From Vicugna vicugna (taxonomy: Eukaryota), in the NCBI GenBank assembly GCA_013265495.1, contig MU058584.1, forward strand, positions 3,228,508 to 3,292,507: a stretch of DNA of 64,000 nucleotides, written 5' to 3'. Shown here piece after piece: positions 48,140 to 60,625 of this stretch. Under the pieces are notes generated by a model that worked only from the letters and a program-made list of their open reading frames with translations, did not search any database and was not told the DNA's origin. The number at the start of each line of letters is the position of its first letter. Positions within the stretch are counted from its first letter, which is position 1. The position numbers and the translations under genes were made by a program.

Positions 48140-48322
48140 TACACTTCGTGGATTTTAAGATGTACCTTTTTTTTTTCACATTTATTATCTCTGAAATTGA
48201 GATAAGTCTTAATAATCGATGTCATGTCATAGTTTAAATTGAAAACAATTTGTCTTTCTTAGTGTTATATAAAATTATGGCATCTCGTAATTAATGGTAT
48301 CTTAGATTAAATGAAATATGAG
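48140..48322. mobile_element. MER104-like TcMar-Tc2 MITE
   Basis: 'gattttaagatgtac...ttttcacatttattatctctgaaattgag...ggtatcttagattaaatgaaatatg' with degenerate TIRs. Confidence 0.65.
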
Positions 48323-50074
48323 GGTGAATTGTTACAGAGCATTCTTGGTTGAGGAAAAGGAAAGGATTGGAATTTTTTTTCTCGTTTTTGTCCTTTGTAC
48401 ATGAAATATTTTTCCTGATGGGGAGGAAGATAATTGTCTGAAAGGAAGAAATACCTCCCAAAATAAAATTAAGAGGAAGACAAGCACTGCTTAAGGATGA
48501 AATGTGCTGGCCTTCCTGCTGCCATGGCACTTGGCCAGGGAATGCCAACGCTGTGCTTACATGGGTCTCCCTCTCTGGGTATCACCTGGGACCTTTCCCC
48601 CACTTCTTTCACTCATAAACCTTACCTCTACTATCTCCAGCCCTAGAGAATGAACAAATCTGAGCAATAATTCCTCAAGTCTCCTCCATAGCAGTGACTG
48701 CCAAAGATCCCTGCTTTATCCTTTCCACTTCCCTCTCCTGTCTCACGCGCATTTTAACAATGGCTTACTGGAGTTATACTGCCCCAGTCCAAGGGAGCAC
48801 CTCTCATGGTGGAAGTTACAGGCATCAGTGACAAGCCGGTAGAAGTCATGTTTTTAGTTTATAGCTTAAAGTTTATATAGTTTACAGTTTAAGCTTCCCT
48901 CAAATCACACCATTTTTCAGTGGAGCTCAATTTTTATACTACTTTGTGGTTTACAAAACATACATCGGCAAATATTTTCTTATCAGAGGCTCACAAAACC
49001 TTATGAAGTAGGTGGGGTAGAATTTACCGCCATCTTTCAGATGAGGAAGCAGGAGTGCAGAGAGAAGAAGTGGTTCGGTCAATGGCTCTCAGTTGGCTAA
49101 TGTAGGACAGAGGACCAGAACCCAAGTGCTCTGATTCTGGGGCCATTGTTTCTCCTTCTAGGAAGGAGACCCCTTCATATAGGTGCTTCCAAGAGGTCCA
49201 GAAAGATTACTCGGAGCCTGGTAGGTTAGGTCAGGTGCTGGTCTTTATCTCAAGAGCCCTGGGAAGTCATTGAGAGATTTTAGGTAGGAGAAGAAGAAGA
49301 ACAGATTTTTGTTTGTTTTTTAAAGAGTTACTAGGTGCTGTGGGGAGAATGGATTGTAGGAAGGCAGGAGTGGGAACACCGAGGAGGCAGTAGATCAGGG
49401 AAGAGATGATGGAGCCTGGTCTAGTGCATAATAACAATGGACGGGAGAGACGTGGAGGGGACTCTGGGAAAAGGTGGCTGGAGGAAGTGTCCTACTGCCT
49501 TTCTGTTCTAGTTCTAATCCAACTGGAGGTGTAGTGTTCTGGGGGTAGTGCTCAGCCTTCTGGGCAAGACAGGAGCCTGGAGATAGGGGAAAAGCCGTGA
49601 GGCAAAAAGTAGAGTTCCTGCAGGGAGCTTGAGCCTTGGAGATCTACTGCCCATCGAAGGTCAGGGCCAGCACTATGTCGTCCTGGAGCACACGGTCTCA
49701 GTAGGTCCTGATGGCCTCCCTGCTTTCAAGGAGCTGAGCTAGGACTACAGCATGGACTGGGCTCCTCGGTCTCCAAGAGCTGCAGTTTTTGTTGCTGGGG
49801 AGAGGGACTGCAGAGAGATTTGCCCAGAGGTCCCAGCAGGAGAGAGATGACCTGTCATCTGGGTCAGAGGCTGCCGTGCCATCCAGTGCTTCTGAGCGTT
49901 GCCATTCTTGGTCGCTGGAGTGAGGCTTCAAGACCGAGCAAGCCAAGAGCTCACAACGGAAAACGCAATGAACCCAGGGGGTTCTCGACAGCTACAGAGA
50001 GCAAAAATTAGCAGAACATTCGGAGAGGTAGCTGCTTTGGAATAAAACTGCTAGAGGAGATGTTTGATCTTACT

Positions 50075-50452
50075 TAAAAAAATGGCACAAGTGCTTTTGT
50101 GTCAAAGCACTTGTGCCATTTTTTTAGATTCCACCTGTAAGTGATACTTATTTACAAAACAGAAACAGACTCACAGACATAGAAAACAAACTTGTGGTTA
50201 CCAAAGAGGAAAAATGAAGGGGAGGGATAAATTGGAAGTCTGGGATTAGCAGATACAAACTACTATATATCAAATAGCTAAACAACAAGGTCCTACTGTA
50301 CAGCACAGGGAACTATATTCAATAGCTTCTGATAACCTATAATGAAAAAGAATATATATATGTATATATATCTGAATCACTACGTGCACACGAAAAACTA
50401 ACACAACATTGTATATCAACTATACTTCAATAAACAAAATTAAAAAAATAAT
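50075..50452 (+). mobile_element. L1 3' end with inverted/duplicated 5' junction
   Basis: Sense L1 3'UTR runs from about 50148 to the A-rich tail. 50104-50147 is the immediately upstream L1 sequence in antisense. Confidence 0.88.
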
Positions 50453-50679
50453 ACAAATACTTAAGGAGAGTCACACAATATTAAAAAAATAAAAAGACCT
50501 CCTGGAACTAGGAAAAAAGGAGAACAAAATCAAACAATAGTTATGGTTTTTAAATTTAAAATTTAAGGAGGTGATGATCACTGTTGTAAACAGCATTAAT
50601 GCCTAGAATTTCAAGTGGCAGAAATCTCTTAGCACACAGATCAAAAACACAAAGAGAGAGAAATCATGAGGGAAAAATG

Positions 50680-51120
50680 AGATTTGGAGAGGAGATACAG
50701 GAGGCTTAATATGTGAACATGAGGAGTCCAGAAGAGGTGAACCTTGGAGAGTTTGATGACTGATGCAGATGGTAGTTGATGGAGAGGAAATTTCAAGCAT
50801 GTTTCCTTGGCCTCTGGTTTGGACAGCTGGGTGGACAGCAGTGCTGTCACCTAAAACGGACTGACCTGGAGGATAAGTGGGTTGTGAGGCAAACCAGGCA
50901 CGTGGGGGGATGATGAGTTCAGCTTAAACACACTGATCTTGAAGAGCTTATGGACACAGAAGTGGAGACATTGAGTATGCAGTTCTAAGAAGAGATGTCT
51001 GGGATGGAGATAGAAAATTGGAAACCATCAATCTATAATGACAATTAATGTAAAGGGCAGGGATGAGAGTGCCTAGGGTGAGAGGAGAAAAAAAATTGTT
51101 GGGACAAAGGTGGCAATGTG
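50680..51120 (-). mobile_element. L2 fragment
   Basis: 'ttggacagctgggtggacagcagtgctgtcacc...gatgatgagttcagc...agagatgtctgggatggagatagaaaattgg'. Confidence 0.7.
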
Positions 51121-52589
51121 ATCTTTCTCTTCTCTCCCTTCCGTTTTTACTCCCCACTCTTGCCTCTACACTGTGCCTGCCTTCCATATCCTTGCTTATT
51201 TCATGACATGGGACTTGGTGGGGACAGGGAGGGAAAAGGGAAAGAAAGGAGGAAAGAGGGAGAAGACATGAGGAAGAGTAGTGGGAGGGGTACCTTAAAA
51301 TGGAGAAGTGGTGTCAAATCTGCCTGAAGAGTTATGGTGTCCATCACCCGAGCAGAGGGCTGCGCCACGAGAAGGCAGTCTATCGAGGGAGCAGCTTCTC
51401 AGTGAGGCTCCACAGCTCTATTTCCTGAGATATAAAGGGAAAGGCAGAGCTAGAATTTATTGAGCAACTGCTGTGTACTGGTTACTGGATATGCTCTTTA
51501 ACATTCACATTCTCATTTGCTTTCCCCCAATGATCTTATAAATAAGGAAAGTGAAGCTCAGAGAGGTCAATAAACTTCCCTGAAAACTGGACTGGAAAGT
51601 AGAAAAGGTGGACAAATCTGCTTAACTCCAAAGCTCTTGCTTTTTCCACTCTACCATTCGCCATCAGAAGACTCAGATTCTGACCCATATGACTTTATTT
51701 GTATTTCCACTAGGCTTTTAGTATTTCGGGACATTCAAAGATTTACCTTCTCTCTTCTCCAGTGCACACTGCCAGCCTGACCTTTCAGTCTGGGTTGCTC
51801 TCTGGTTCTCCCAGCTTACCGGCCAGCTTAGACAAAGGGAGGAAAATGAGCTATCATTCATTCCGGGAGTCGAATGGCTGCTTCCTTGTAAATACTGAGA
51901 AAAATCAATCCTCTGTGAATTAAAGTCTTTCATCAGCCACTAGCCAGATTCTAAATCATTGATAAGAGGGAAAACCTCTCAATTCATTGATCAAAATCCT
52001 GAGGCTTTATCAACTCAGAATGAAAGCGGTAACTTCTGGGAAAATACTTGGCAGTTACTCACTCTAAGAGAAGAAGCCATTCTTGCTTTCTGTGTGGAAA
52101 GTGCCTGATATTCTCAGGACTGAGATAGGTGACATTTCTTCCAGCTTCATTTACCATCAAAAAAAATTAAAGTAAATATGAAGCAACACTAACAGGTCTT
52201 CCTGTAAGTAGAACACACTGTAACAGATGCTAGAGATTCAGCAGAGAAGTAGGTGAACCCTAAGCCCCAGATTTCTCAAGGATCATCCAGATTTAAAATA
52301 GTCACTTATGTGGCCCTTGTCCATACACTGAAGTTTGTCAGAAACGTTATCCTGACTTTGGTTTGGAGACTCAGGTTATTATAAGCATATCTTTATAGGC
52401 TTCTTTAAGGACTTGGCAATTATCTTAGGGTGACTGAACATGCAAAATACACACTAGGTAATTCTATTTGATTGAACAAAAGCTTAAGGAATGATGGTTA
52501 GCCATGTTTGTATTAGATACTAAAATCAGAGGTGAAAAAAAAACATGGTGGCTCTCTGTTTACTGCCCTAGACCGGGCAGACAGGTAAG

Positions 52590-53600
52590 GAAATAGAAGC
52601 TGAGCTTCCAAGTAAAGACAGGAGACCAAGTACACAGATTTATCTCCTCTCCCCCAAGACCCCTTAAGATAATAGTAAAATCTCAAGAAAATGATAATCT
52701 CTCTACAATGAAGAGAATGAAAGATTTCAACACTTGCTGAAAGATGGAAAATTGGTGAGAGAGTGGTACCTGGTGAAGCACAGGAAAGGCTGGAGTACAA
52801 CGAAGAAGCAAAGGCAGATGCCAACAGGCCCTGAAACAGGGACATCAGGTGTAATTGTGTGTGTGTGGGGGGCAGTAGCATGTGGGACTAAAAAGAGAGG
52901 AAGCAATTGAAACCATGTATGAAACAGTCAACCTCTCCTTCACTCCCCGCACTGAATGTCTAGCATCAAGCCATGTATTCCCTCATCTCAGGCGAACAAA
53001 CAAAAACAAAAAATGCGAACTACCTTTAAAGAGATTAAATGATCTACATGGCACATCAATATAGGAACTTCCACTTGTGACTAATAGGAATTCTACAGAA
53101 GGAAAGATAAAATTGAGAACATTGTCAAAGACATAATAAAAGCACATTCCTAGGATCCAAGAGTAGATTCTCCACATGGAAAGAGCCTGCCACATCCCCA
53201 ACACGATCAATGCAAAATGACCCAAATCTGGACGTATCATTGTGAAACTCAAAACTCAAGGATGCTCCTAAAAGCTTCCAAAGAGAAAATCAATGAAAAA
53301 CAAACAAACAAACAAGCAAACAACAACAACAAAAAAACCCAGAACGTCCACAAGGAACTAAGAAACAGCCTGACATGAGCCTTCGTGTCAGCAGTATTGG
53401 ATGTTGGTAGTCTATGGAGAAAAGTCTTCAGGATTCTAAAAGAAAAAGAATTTTGACCTGAAATCTAACCTCAAATGTGAGGGTAGAATTACTTTTAGAC
53501 TTGTAAGAACTGAGGAATATTATCTCCCATGCATCTTTTCTCAGGAAGTTTTTTCAGGAGGCACCACATCTCAATGAACAGCTAGGCTAAGAAAGGACAA
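52590..53600 (+). mobile_element. Old L1ME/HAL1-like 5' and ORF1 remnants
   Basis: 'ggaaagagcctgccacatccccaac...tatcattgtgaaact...cctaaaagcttccaaagagaaa' resembles the L1 ORF1 C-terminal coding region. Confidence 0.55.
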
Positions 53601-53749
53601 CATGTAGGATCCAGGAAGTGGTGGATCCAGCCCTAGAGGGTGGCTGTTCCATTCAGCTGGCCTGGGGTCTGGCTCAGGGGATTGCACTGAGGGAGGCATT
53701 TTGAGGGGAAAGGTTGTAATTGCATAGCATGATTGAGGATTCATTGATT

Positions 53750-55125
53750 TTCAGCATTTTTTTCTGATGCATCAGTAACTTAGTTGAATCCAAGTTTTGG
53801 TATGTAGTACTTCTAAAACTATACTCTGATTTTCGTTGTGATTTCCTCATTAGTTACTTAGTTGGTGTAGTTCTTAATTTCTTAACACACAGAGACGTCT
53901 AGTAATCTTTTTGTTATTGACATCTGGTTTAGCTCCTTTGTGGGTAAAGATACTCAGTTTGATTTCTGTCCTCTGAAATATGTTGAGACTTGCGCATATG
54001 GCTAATTTTTGTAAACGTTCTGAGTGTGCTTGAAAAGAATGTGTAGTTTGCAGTTTCTGGGTGCAGCATTCTAAATATGTCAGTTAGGTTAGGTGTGAAA
54101 CACACATTCACATTTTCTGTATCCTTACTGGTTTCTGTCTGCCTGTTCTCTCAGTTCCGAGAAAGGTGTATTTAAATCTCCCCCTTGTTTTTATAGATTT
54201 GTTTATTCCCTTAGTAATTCAGTCAGTTTTTGCTTCATTTATTCGGAGACTAAATTATTAAGTACATGAAAATTTTAAAGTGTTATGTCTTCCTGGTGAA
54301 TTAAGCTCTTTATCATAATGAAGTATCCTCTTAATCTCTGGTAATGCTTCTTGCCTTACACTCTGTGATAGGGCTCCCCAGCTTTCTTTGAGTTAGCATT
54401 TGTATGGCATATCTTTCTCTTTTATTTTTCTGTCAGCCTCTCTGTTTCCTTCTGTTTTACATATGTCTCCTGTAAAGAGCACATGGTTGTGTTTTGTGTT
54501 TTTATCCGGGTTGATAATCATGCCTTTTAATCAGAGCATTGAGTCTACCTAGGTTTAATGCAATCATCAATGTGTTTGGGTTTAAATCTCCCATCTTAAC
54601 TCTGTGCTTTTCTTCATCCCACCTGCTTCAAGCTCCTACTTCCCCTTTTCTCGTCTTTCAGATTGAGTTTTAAAAATTCATGTCCCTCTTATTAGCTTTG
54701 AAGTTACACACTTTTATTGTCCTTTTATTGGTTACCTAAGGGATTATAAGATTATAATATGCATCCTTGACTTAGCATAGTCCACGATTAACTGGCATTT
54801 TTACCTTTTTCTCAGGAAATCCAGAGACCTTAAGCACTTAAACTCCATTTGTCCCCTTCTGAATTACACCCCATTGTTGCTGTGTATCTTAACATACATA
54901 TTTTAAGCTCCATAGGACAGTTATCATTGATTTGTACAGCCGATATCACACACAGAGCTTCCTTCTTCTGTCCTCTTTATTTCATTCTACCCTTATGCCA
55001 TTCCGTCTGGGATAAATTTTCTTCTACTTGAAACACTCATGTTAAGGTTTCCTTTAATGCAAGTCTGCTTGTGACAAACTCTCAGTTTTGTTTGTCTGCA
55101 AATACGTTTATCTGATTTCATTTTT
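53750..55125 (-). mobile_element. Old L1 (endonuclease-region) fragment
   Basis: Minus-strand ORF 53929-54111 LTDIFRMLHPETANYTFFSS matches the L1 endonuclease motif DIYRTLHP..EYTFFS. Confidence 0.8.
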
Positions 55126-55475
55126 GTTCTCTGCCTCCAGTGAGGACTTCCCTTTGTTTCTCTGGGGCATCTGGGGGCCTGAGCATTCGGGGATCACCTT
55201 AATCCAGTTTCAAGGGCTGAGATGATTGGGAGCTGAGCCACTGAGGCTAGTCCACCTCACAGCTCTTTGAGGTTCCAAACAAAAGTATGAGAGGTTTATG
55301 TGGCTCTCTCTGTCAAACTTTGTTTCGCCGCTGCCTGTTGGCTTTAAATTTCTCTGAAATTAGCAAGTGTCCCAAGGGAGACATGCTGGTGTCACTTCTC
55401 TAAATTCCATCTTCTTCTGGATCTTGGCTGTTGATTCTTCCCTATCTTGTTTGTTCCCCAGTATTTTCAAATGAC

Positions 55476-55540
55476 TTCTTTCCTTCCTTCTCCTTCCTCT
55501 CTTTCTTCCCTCCCTCCCTCCCTTCCTTCCTTCCATCCTC
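55476..55540 (+). repeat. (CCTT/CCCT)n polypyrimidine tract
   Basis: Visible directly in the sequence. Confidence 0.9.
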
Positions 55541-56281
55541 TCTGCCCTTATGTGCTCTGTGCCCAGCCCCATGAGAAGGAAGGGCACAGGGGGCTCACAG
55601 TTGAGAGGGAGAGACATTAATACAGGAGGGTCATTGCTGTCAGCAGAAAAGTTAAATCTGTGTATGAGGTGTCTCCAGTCATTGTAATTCAATGTAATGA
55701 CAAGGGTAAAAATAAAATGAGTAGAAGCAGAGAGGAAGGGATGGTAATCCTACCTGAGGACATTAAGGAAAGTTGTGGCGGAAAAGTTCTGGTGCATAAA
55801 AGAAATATTTCCCAGTTACCTGGAAAACTCTCTTACATGTAGAAAACCTAATTTCTCAAGAGTATTCTATAATTAAATCATGCCTAAAACACACAAATGT
55901 TTTTTGTAGAGATCATGTAAGTTTAATGAATATTGAATATTGATTGATCTCCAAATTGTCAGGCACAATGCTGGGCACAATTGCCACCCTGAAGAACTTA
56001 GGGTCTAGTAAGCAAGACAAACCCAAAGGAGATAATTCCATATATATAACAGAATGATTGATGACAAGACATAGCTTTTGTTGTATTGAATTATTCTTTA
56101 TAAAGAAATATTGGTCCCTGGAGCAGAACATCCCAGGCACCAAAAACTATTTACAAGGGAAGGCAGATAGCTTTGTTATGCAGAACGTTGCAAAGTCCTG
56201 TTGCTCACATAATGGGACTTTTTTGTTTTCTTTCAGAACATTTTCATTTGTCTTTCCAGGCTTCTCAACCTTCTTATGAGC

Positions 56282-56335
56282 AAAAAGAAAAAAAAAAAAA
56301 GAAAGAAAGAAAGAAAGAAAAGAAAGGAAAACACA
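56282..56335 (+). repeat. A-rich/(GAAA)n microsatellite
   Basis: aaaaagaaaaaaaaaaaaagaaagaaagaaagaaagaaaagaaagg. Confidence 0.9.
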
Positions 56336-58789
56336 AAGGAATCTCTTATTTTATGGGCAAAAAAGAGAAATGGTAAGTCTTTTATTTTAAAACTGATTTC
56401 ACTTAAATGGTTTAAGATGGATCATTTCAAAATAGAAGATCTGAGTTACAGGATGCCAAATGTGTACCTAGCTGGGGAACAAACACTGCATCTTTCCCCT
56501 GGTCAGAGGGGCAGATTCTGTTGGCCTAGCTTTAAGGTCACAGTTAGACCCAGATCACGAGGTGGAAGAGCAAGTCTCAAGTCGCGGCCCTGCCACTTAA
56601 TTGGATCTATGACCACAGGCAAGTCATCTGTGTGATTGTCTCCCCACACCTGACTTGTTGTCTAATAGGGAGTAGACACTCAATAAATGTTGAATCAAGC
56701 ATCTCCAGGTTTATTTTCTATACCTTGAAAATGGGCATAAGTGCTGTTGTGAGGATAAATCAAACAAGACGGTGCAGGTGACAAAGCTTTGTAAAGGGCA
56801 ATACAGATCTGAAAGTGACTTGAATCCATATCTGGTCATGTCATAACTTTGAGGTTGTTTCCTTATTTCTAAATTGAGTATGAGATTTTCTGGCTTATAA
56901 AGTGAGGCTGCTTCTTGTTGCTGTTGGTTGGTTGGTTGGTTGGTTTTTATTAACTTTGGTGAGGTCCCTGGTATGTTTTGATGGGGGGATGTTGAAGGAA
57001 ATAGCATACTCTTTAGAGCCAAATGAAATGAATGGAAAACAAATCATCTTCACTGGCAGTCTCAGTGAGGACTAATGAAAAACAAGGGTCATCTTTGATC
57101 CAATGATTATATTTTCTCCCTGGGCCTAACCTGATTGCATCATCGAATGTTCTGGAGCCCTCCTCACTTAGTTAACTATTACGACCCTTTACTTATTGGC
57201 TTCCAGATGTAATTATGGTCTCCTCCCCATAATGAAATGAGAGGTTTTAACTGAATTAGCCCATCAACAGCCCCTGATGAAGCCTGACAGATCTCTTTTT
57301 GGACTATATATTTATGATAACATCAATGCCAGAGCCCTTTCCTTTCTCCACACTTACTTTCCTGGGCTGGGTGAGTGAGGAGAAAGCATTTATGACATCC
57401 TCAGGGTCAGAAAGGAATTAGTACCACTTATAGGTCTGCCTCCTAGAGACCCATACTGGATCTAAAATTTTGGAAAATTCTTTGTATGGACTGAGCTGCA
57501 GGAATCAGTCTTCTGAGTGGGTGGGTGTAGAGGGTCCGGTCTAAAGACAGGCAGGAGGGAGGAGACTGAGCGGTCCCTTCTTGGAGTTCCCCTGGGAGAT
57601 GTATGTGGGTGGCTGCTACCCTATGCCGTTGGTGAAGATGAAAGTCCCTTTTATGAATGCAAAGTCCTGAAGTGGCCACCAATCAGGAGTCAGATTCCTA
57701 ATAGGGCTGGTATAGTGGATAGATCTCCCAGCACTGGGCTAGGAGCGGGTGGCACTTGTATGCACTGGGGAACTCTGGGAGTGAACGTGGCGAAAGTGAG
57801 GGCTGGAGCCAGAGAGCCCCAGTGGAGAGGGGCTGCCAAGGCAAATAAGCAGCGGAAGGGTGGTGGGAGGTACTGTTGAGTCTACCATCTGGCCTTCTCC
57901 TTCCACAATTTGCTCCCCTTCCACAGATGCCAGTGCTTTTCAAGGGTTCATGGAAACAGAGGGAACCTACATTCCAACTGTCAATGATGATGATGAAGCG
58001 TCCTTCATCTTCCCCAATTCAGTGAAGTCATCCTTCTTTAGCTGAGCACACTCTGTCTTGCAGAGGTCCTGCTAAAGGCTTGACATAACTTATTGTGTTT
58101 AATAATTATTACAATCCTTTTGAGTTACTTTTTGCAGATAAGACGGTTGGAGCTCAGAATGGTTAAGTAGCTCACCCATGCCACACAGCTCATTTCCACT
58201 TGATACAAGGAAAAAAGCCCCTTATTCATTCATTCACTCCACAAATTCTCCTTGAGATACTATGTGCAAGATAGAAATGACTAAATGCTTATTGCCTATT
58301 AGTTTTTCAGAACTTAGCTTCATTTCTTTCCAATTTGTTCAGCTAGCCTAAGAGCTCCTAGACAGATAGTTATTAGCATTATTTTGAGAAGCCTCCAAGG
58401 AAGGAAGTTTCTTATGTTTTCTTGGTAACTTGAGTTTCCTAGAACTCCCAAGGATTTCTTAAGGCTAACTGAAGACGTTCTCGCTACAACTGAAACCAAT
58501 TCCTTGTGAAGAGGTGGGGGAACAGCCAGAGGGAACACTGAGAACAAACTGTCCTAGAGGAAAAGGTAGACACAGTATGATGAGGCCACTGGGCCAAAGA
58601 AAATTCGTACTATCTGACACCTTCTTGTTCTCCCACTTTGCAGGAGAGAAAATGGGCCTAGGGAGAATGAAGAATTTCTCCAAATGTCTGAGCTATTTTG
58701 TGGCACAGCTAGAACCAGAGTCTGGGGCTGCTTATTTTCAGGGAAATAAGAATATGGTGATTGAAATAGCTGAAGCTTTGGAGGCAGGC

Positions 58790-58965
58790 AGGGCGGAATT
58801 CCAGCCCTGGTTCTGCATTTCCTAGCTGTGGGATTAGGCAGGCTTTGCAATCTTGAATATCTGGTGCCTCGATTTTCTCATCTATAAAATGGAGCTGATA
58901 TCTCCCTCACTGAGGTGTTGTGAGGATTAAATGAGATCCTTAAGGCATCGTAGGGGCTCAGTTGA
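58790..58965 (+). mobile_element. MIR
   Basis: cctagctgtggga...gcctcgattttctcatctataaaatgg...gttgtgaggattaaatgagat. Confidence 0.75.
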
Positions 58966-59007
58966 TATTATTTCTTTCCTTACCCTGGACTCAGTCTTTT
59001 TATCAAC

Positions 59008-59533
59008 TGTATTAGTTAATGTAACAAATCACGTGAAAACTCAGCAGCTTGAAACAACAATAATTGTTTATTATCTCTAGTAGTTACTGTTGGTCGCAAA
59101 TTTGGGGATAGCTTGATTGGGTGGTTCTAGCTTAATGGTCTTTTATAAAATTCCAGTCAGAGGTCAGCTGTGGCTGCATCATCTGAAGGCTTGACCGAAA
59201 CTGGAGCATTCATCTTCAAGGTGTCTTGCTTACATGGCTGGCAAGCTGGCACTGACTGGCTGTTGGCTGGAGGAGGGGTCTCAATTCCAGACCACATGGG
59301 CCTCTCCACAGGGCTGCTTGAGTGTCTTCATAATATGGTGTGTGAGTGAGCAACCCTAGAGACCAAAGTGGAATCTGCAATGTCATTTATTATAGACTAA
59401 GTCGAGAGCCTTGGAGAGCACATATTCTGCTGTATTCTGTTGGCTACACAGGGTCAGCCCTTATTCTAGGCGAGGAGACCACACGAGGGCCAAACACCAG
59501 GCAGGGATCCCCGGGGCTGGCTGGCATACCACA
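59008..59533 (-). mobile_element. MaLR solo LTR (MLT1F/G-like)
   Basis: tgtattagtt...aactcagcagcttgaaacaacaa...gctgcatcatctgaaggcttgac...gggcctctccacagggctgcttgagtgtc...cataccaca. Confidence 0.8.
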
Positions 59534-60429
59534 TCATGGGTGAAGTTCTATTTCTGGGTCCACAGTTGTGCCAAGGTGACTTGTCTCCTCTTAACTTCTT
59601 GTGTGTTAAGTTGGTTGTTTTTAACAGTTACTCCAGGCTCCTTGAGGCAGAGAGGAGCTGTGCCCCCCTCGAGTGTCTTCTGGAGTTCTCAGAATGCTGT
59701 TTATAATTAGCCAGGCAATAATCCCCACCACTGAGCTAACTCCAAGGCTCATCTGCTTGCTTCTCTGGAGGTTTTTAAATAGGCAGGGATGTGCTAATGA
59801 CACAGTACATTATCTGTCTGTTACCGTTTGGCAGGCAGCGGGGAAACGTGACTTTTTTAAGGAGGAGTTAATCAGTATTAAAGCAGCTCCTGTGGCATTG
59901 TCATGAAGCAGGTGCCAAAAGTCTGCCTTGTTAGGCTGGGCTTCCAGAATGCCTGGGGCCTGACAACATGCCCTTTGAGTGGATGTAGGGCATGACCTGG
60001 GGGCAGAGGTGGGTGAGACTAATAGGAGACGTCCCTAGAGGTCCCAGAGCCCTGACCCAACTGAGCTCATTATTATTGGCATCTTCCCACTTCCTCTGCA
60101 CTTGAAAAGCTTTGAGTCTGCTCCCGAACTCAGCATCCTTCTCAAGGAGGAAGCCTGGGAAGTGCAATTGTTGCTAATGAGCTGATAACTCTCGATCTAT
60201 ACATTTACATTACCTGCTATCAAACCTAGTTCCTGAGCCCCAGCCTAGCCACAGCTTATTTCCATTTAGATGTCCCCAAATCATGCTGAAAACGGAACTG
60301 GTAACTTTCTTCCCACTCCATGAACCCTTCTATGTTTTCCACCTCCATGAATGGCACCACCATTCCCCTGTTGCCCAAGCCAGACACCCAAATGGAAGGG
60401 CACAGGGATGAAGAGGGAAGGGTAGGAGG

Positions 60430-60625
60430 ATGGGAGCTTGAGTGCCTGGCCTGAACCTCAGCTCTGCCATTGACATGCTGGGTGGTCTTTGGCAATTTGC
60501 TGTCCTTGATGTCTCAGTGTCTTCTTTAGAAGCGGAGATAAAAATGGAAGCAATCCAAGGGGGTTGTTAGGAGAATTAAATCAGATAATTCATGCCTGTC
60601 ATATAGCAAGAGCTCAATAAATTGC
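60430..60625 (+). mobile_element. MIR inserted within an L2 fragment
   Basis: cagctctgccattgac...gggttgttaggagaattaaatcagataa...gctcaataaat. L2-like sequence lies on both sides (about 60180-60385 and 60630-61010). Confidence 0.65.

Noticed and set aside
57890..58045. Strong-looking splice acceptor (pyrimidine tract + CAG at about 57927) followed by a short open frame
   Set aside because: No recognisable protein similarity, a stop follows without a convincing donor, and there are no partner exons. A lncRNA exon cannot be excluded without RNA data.
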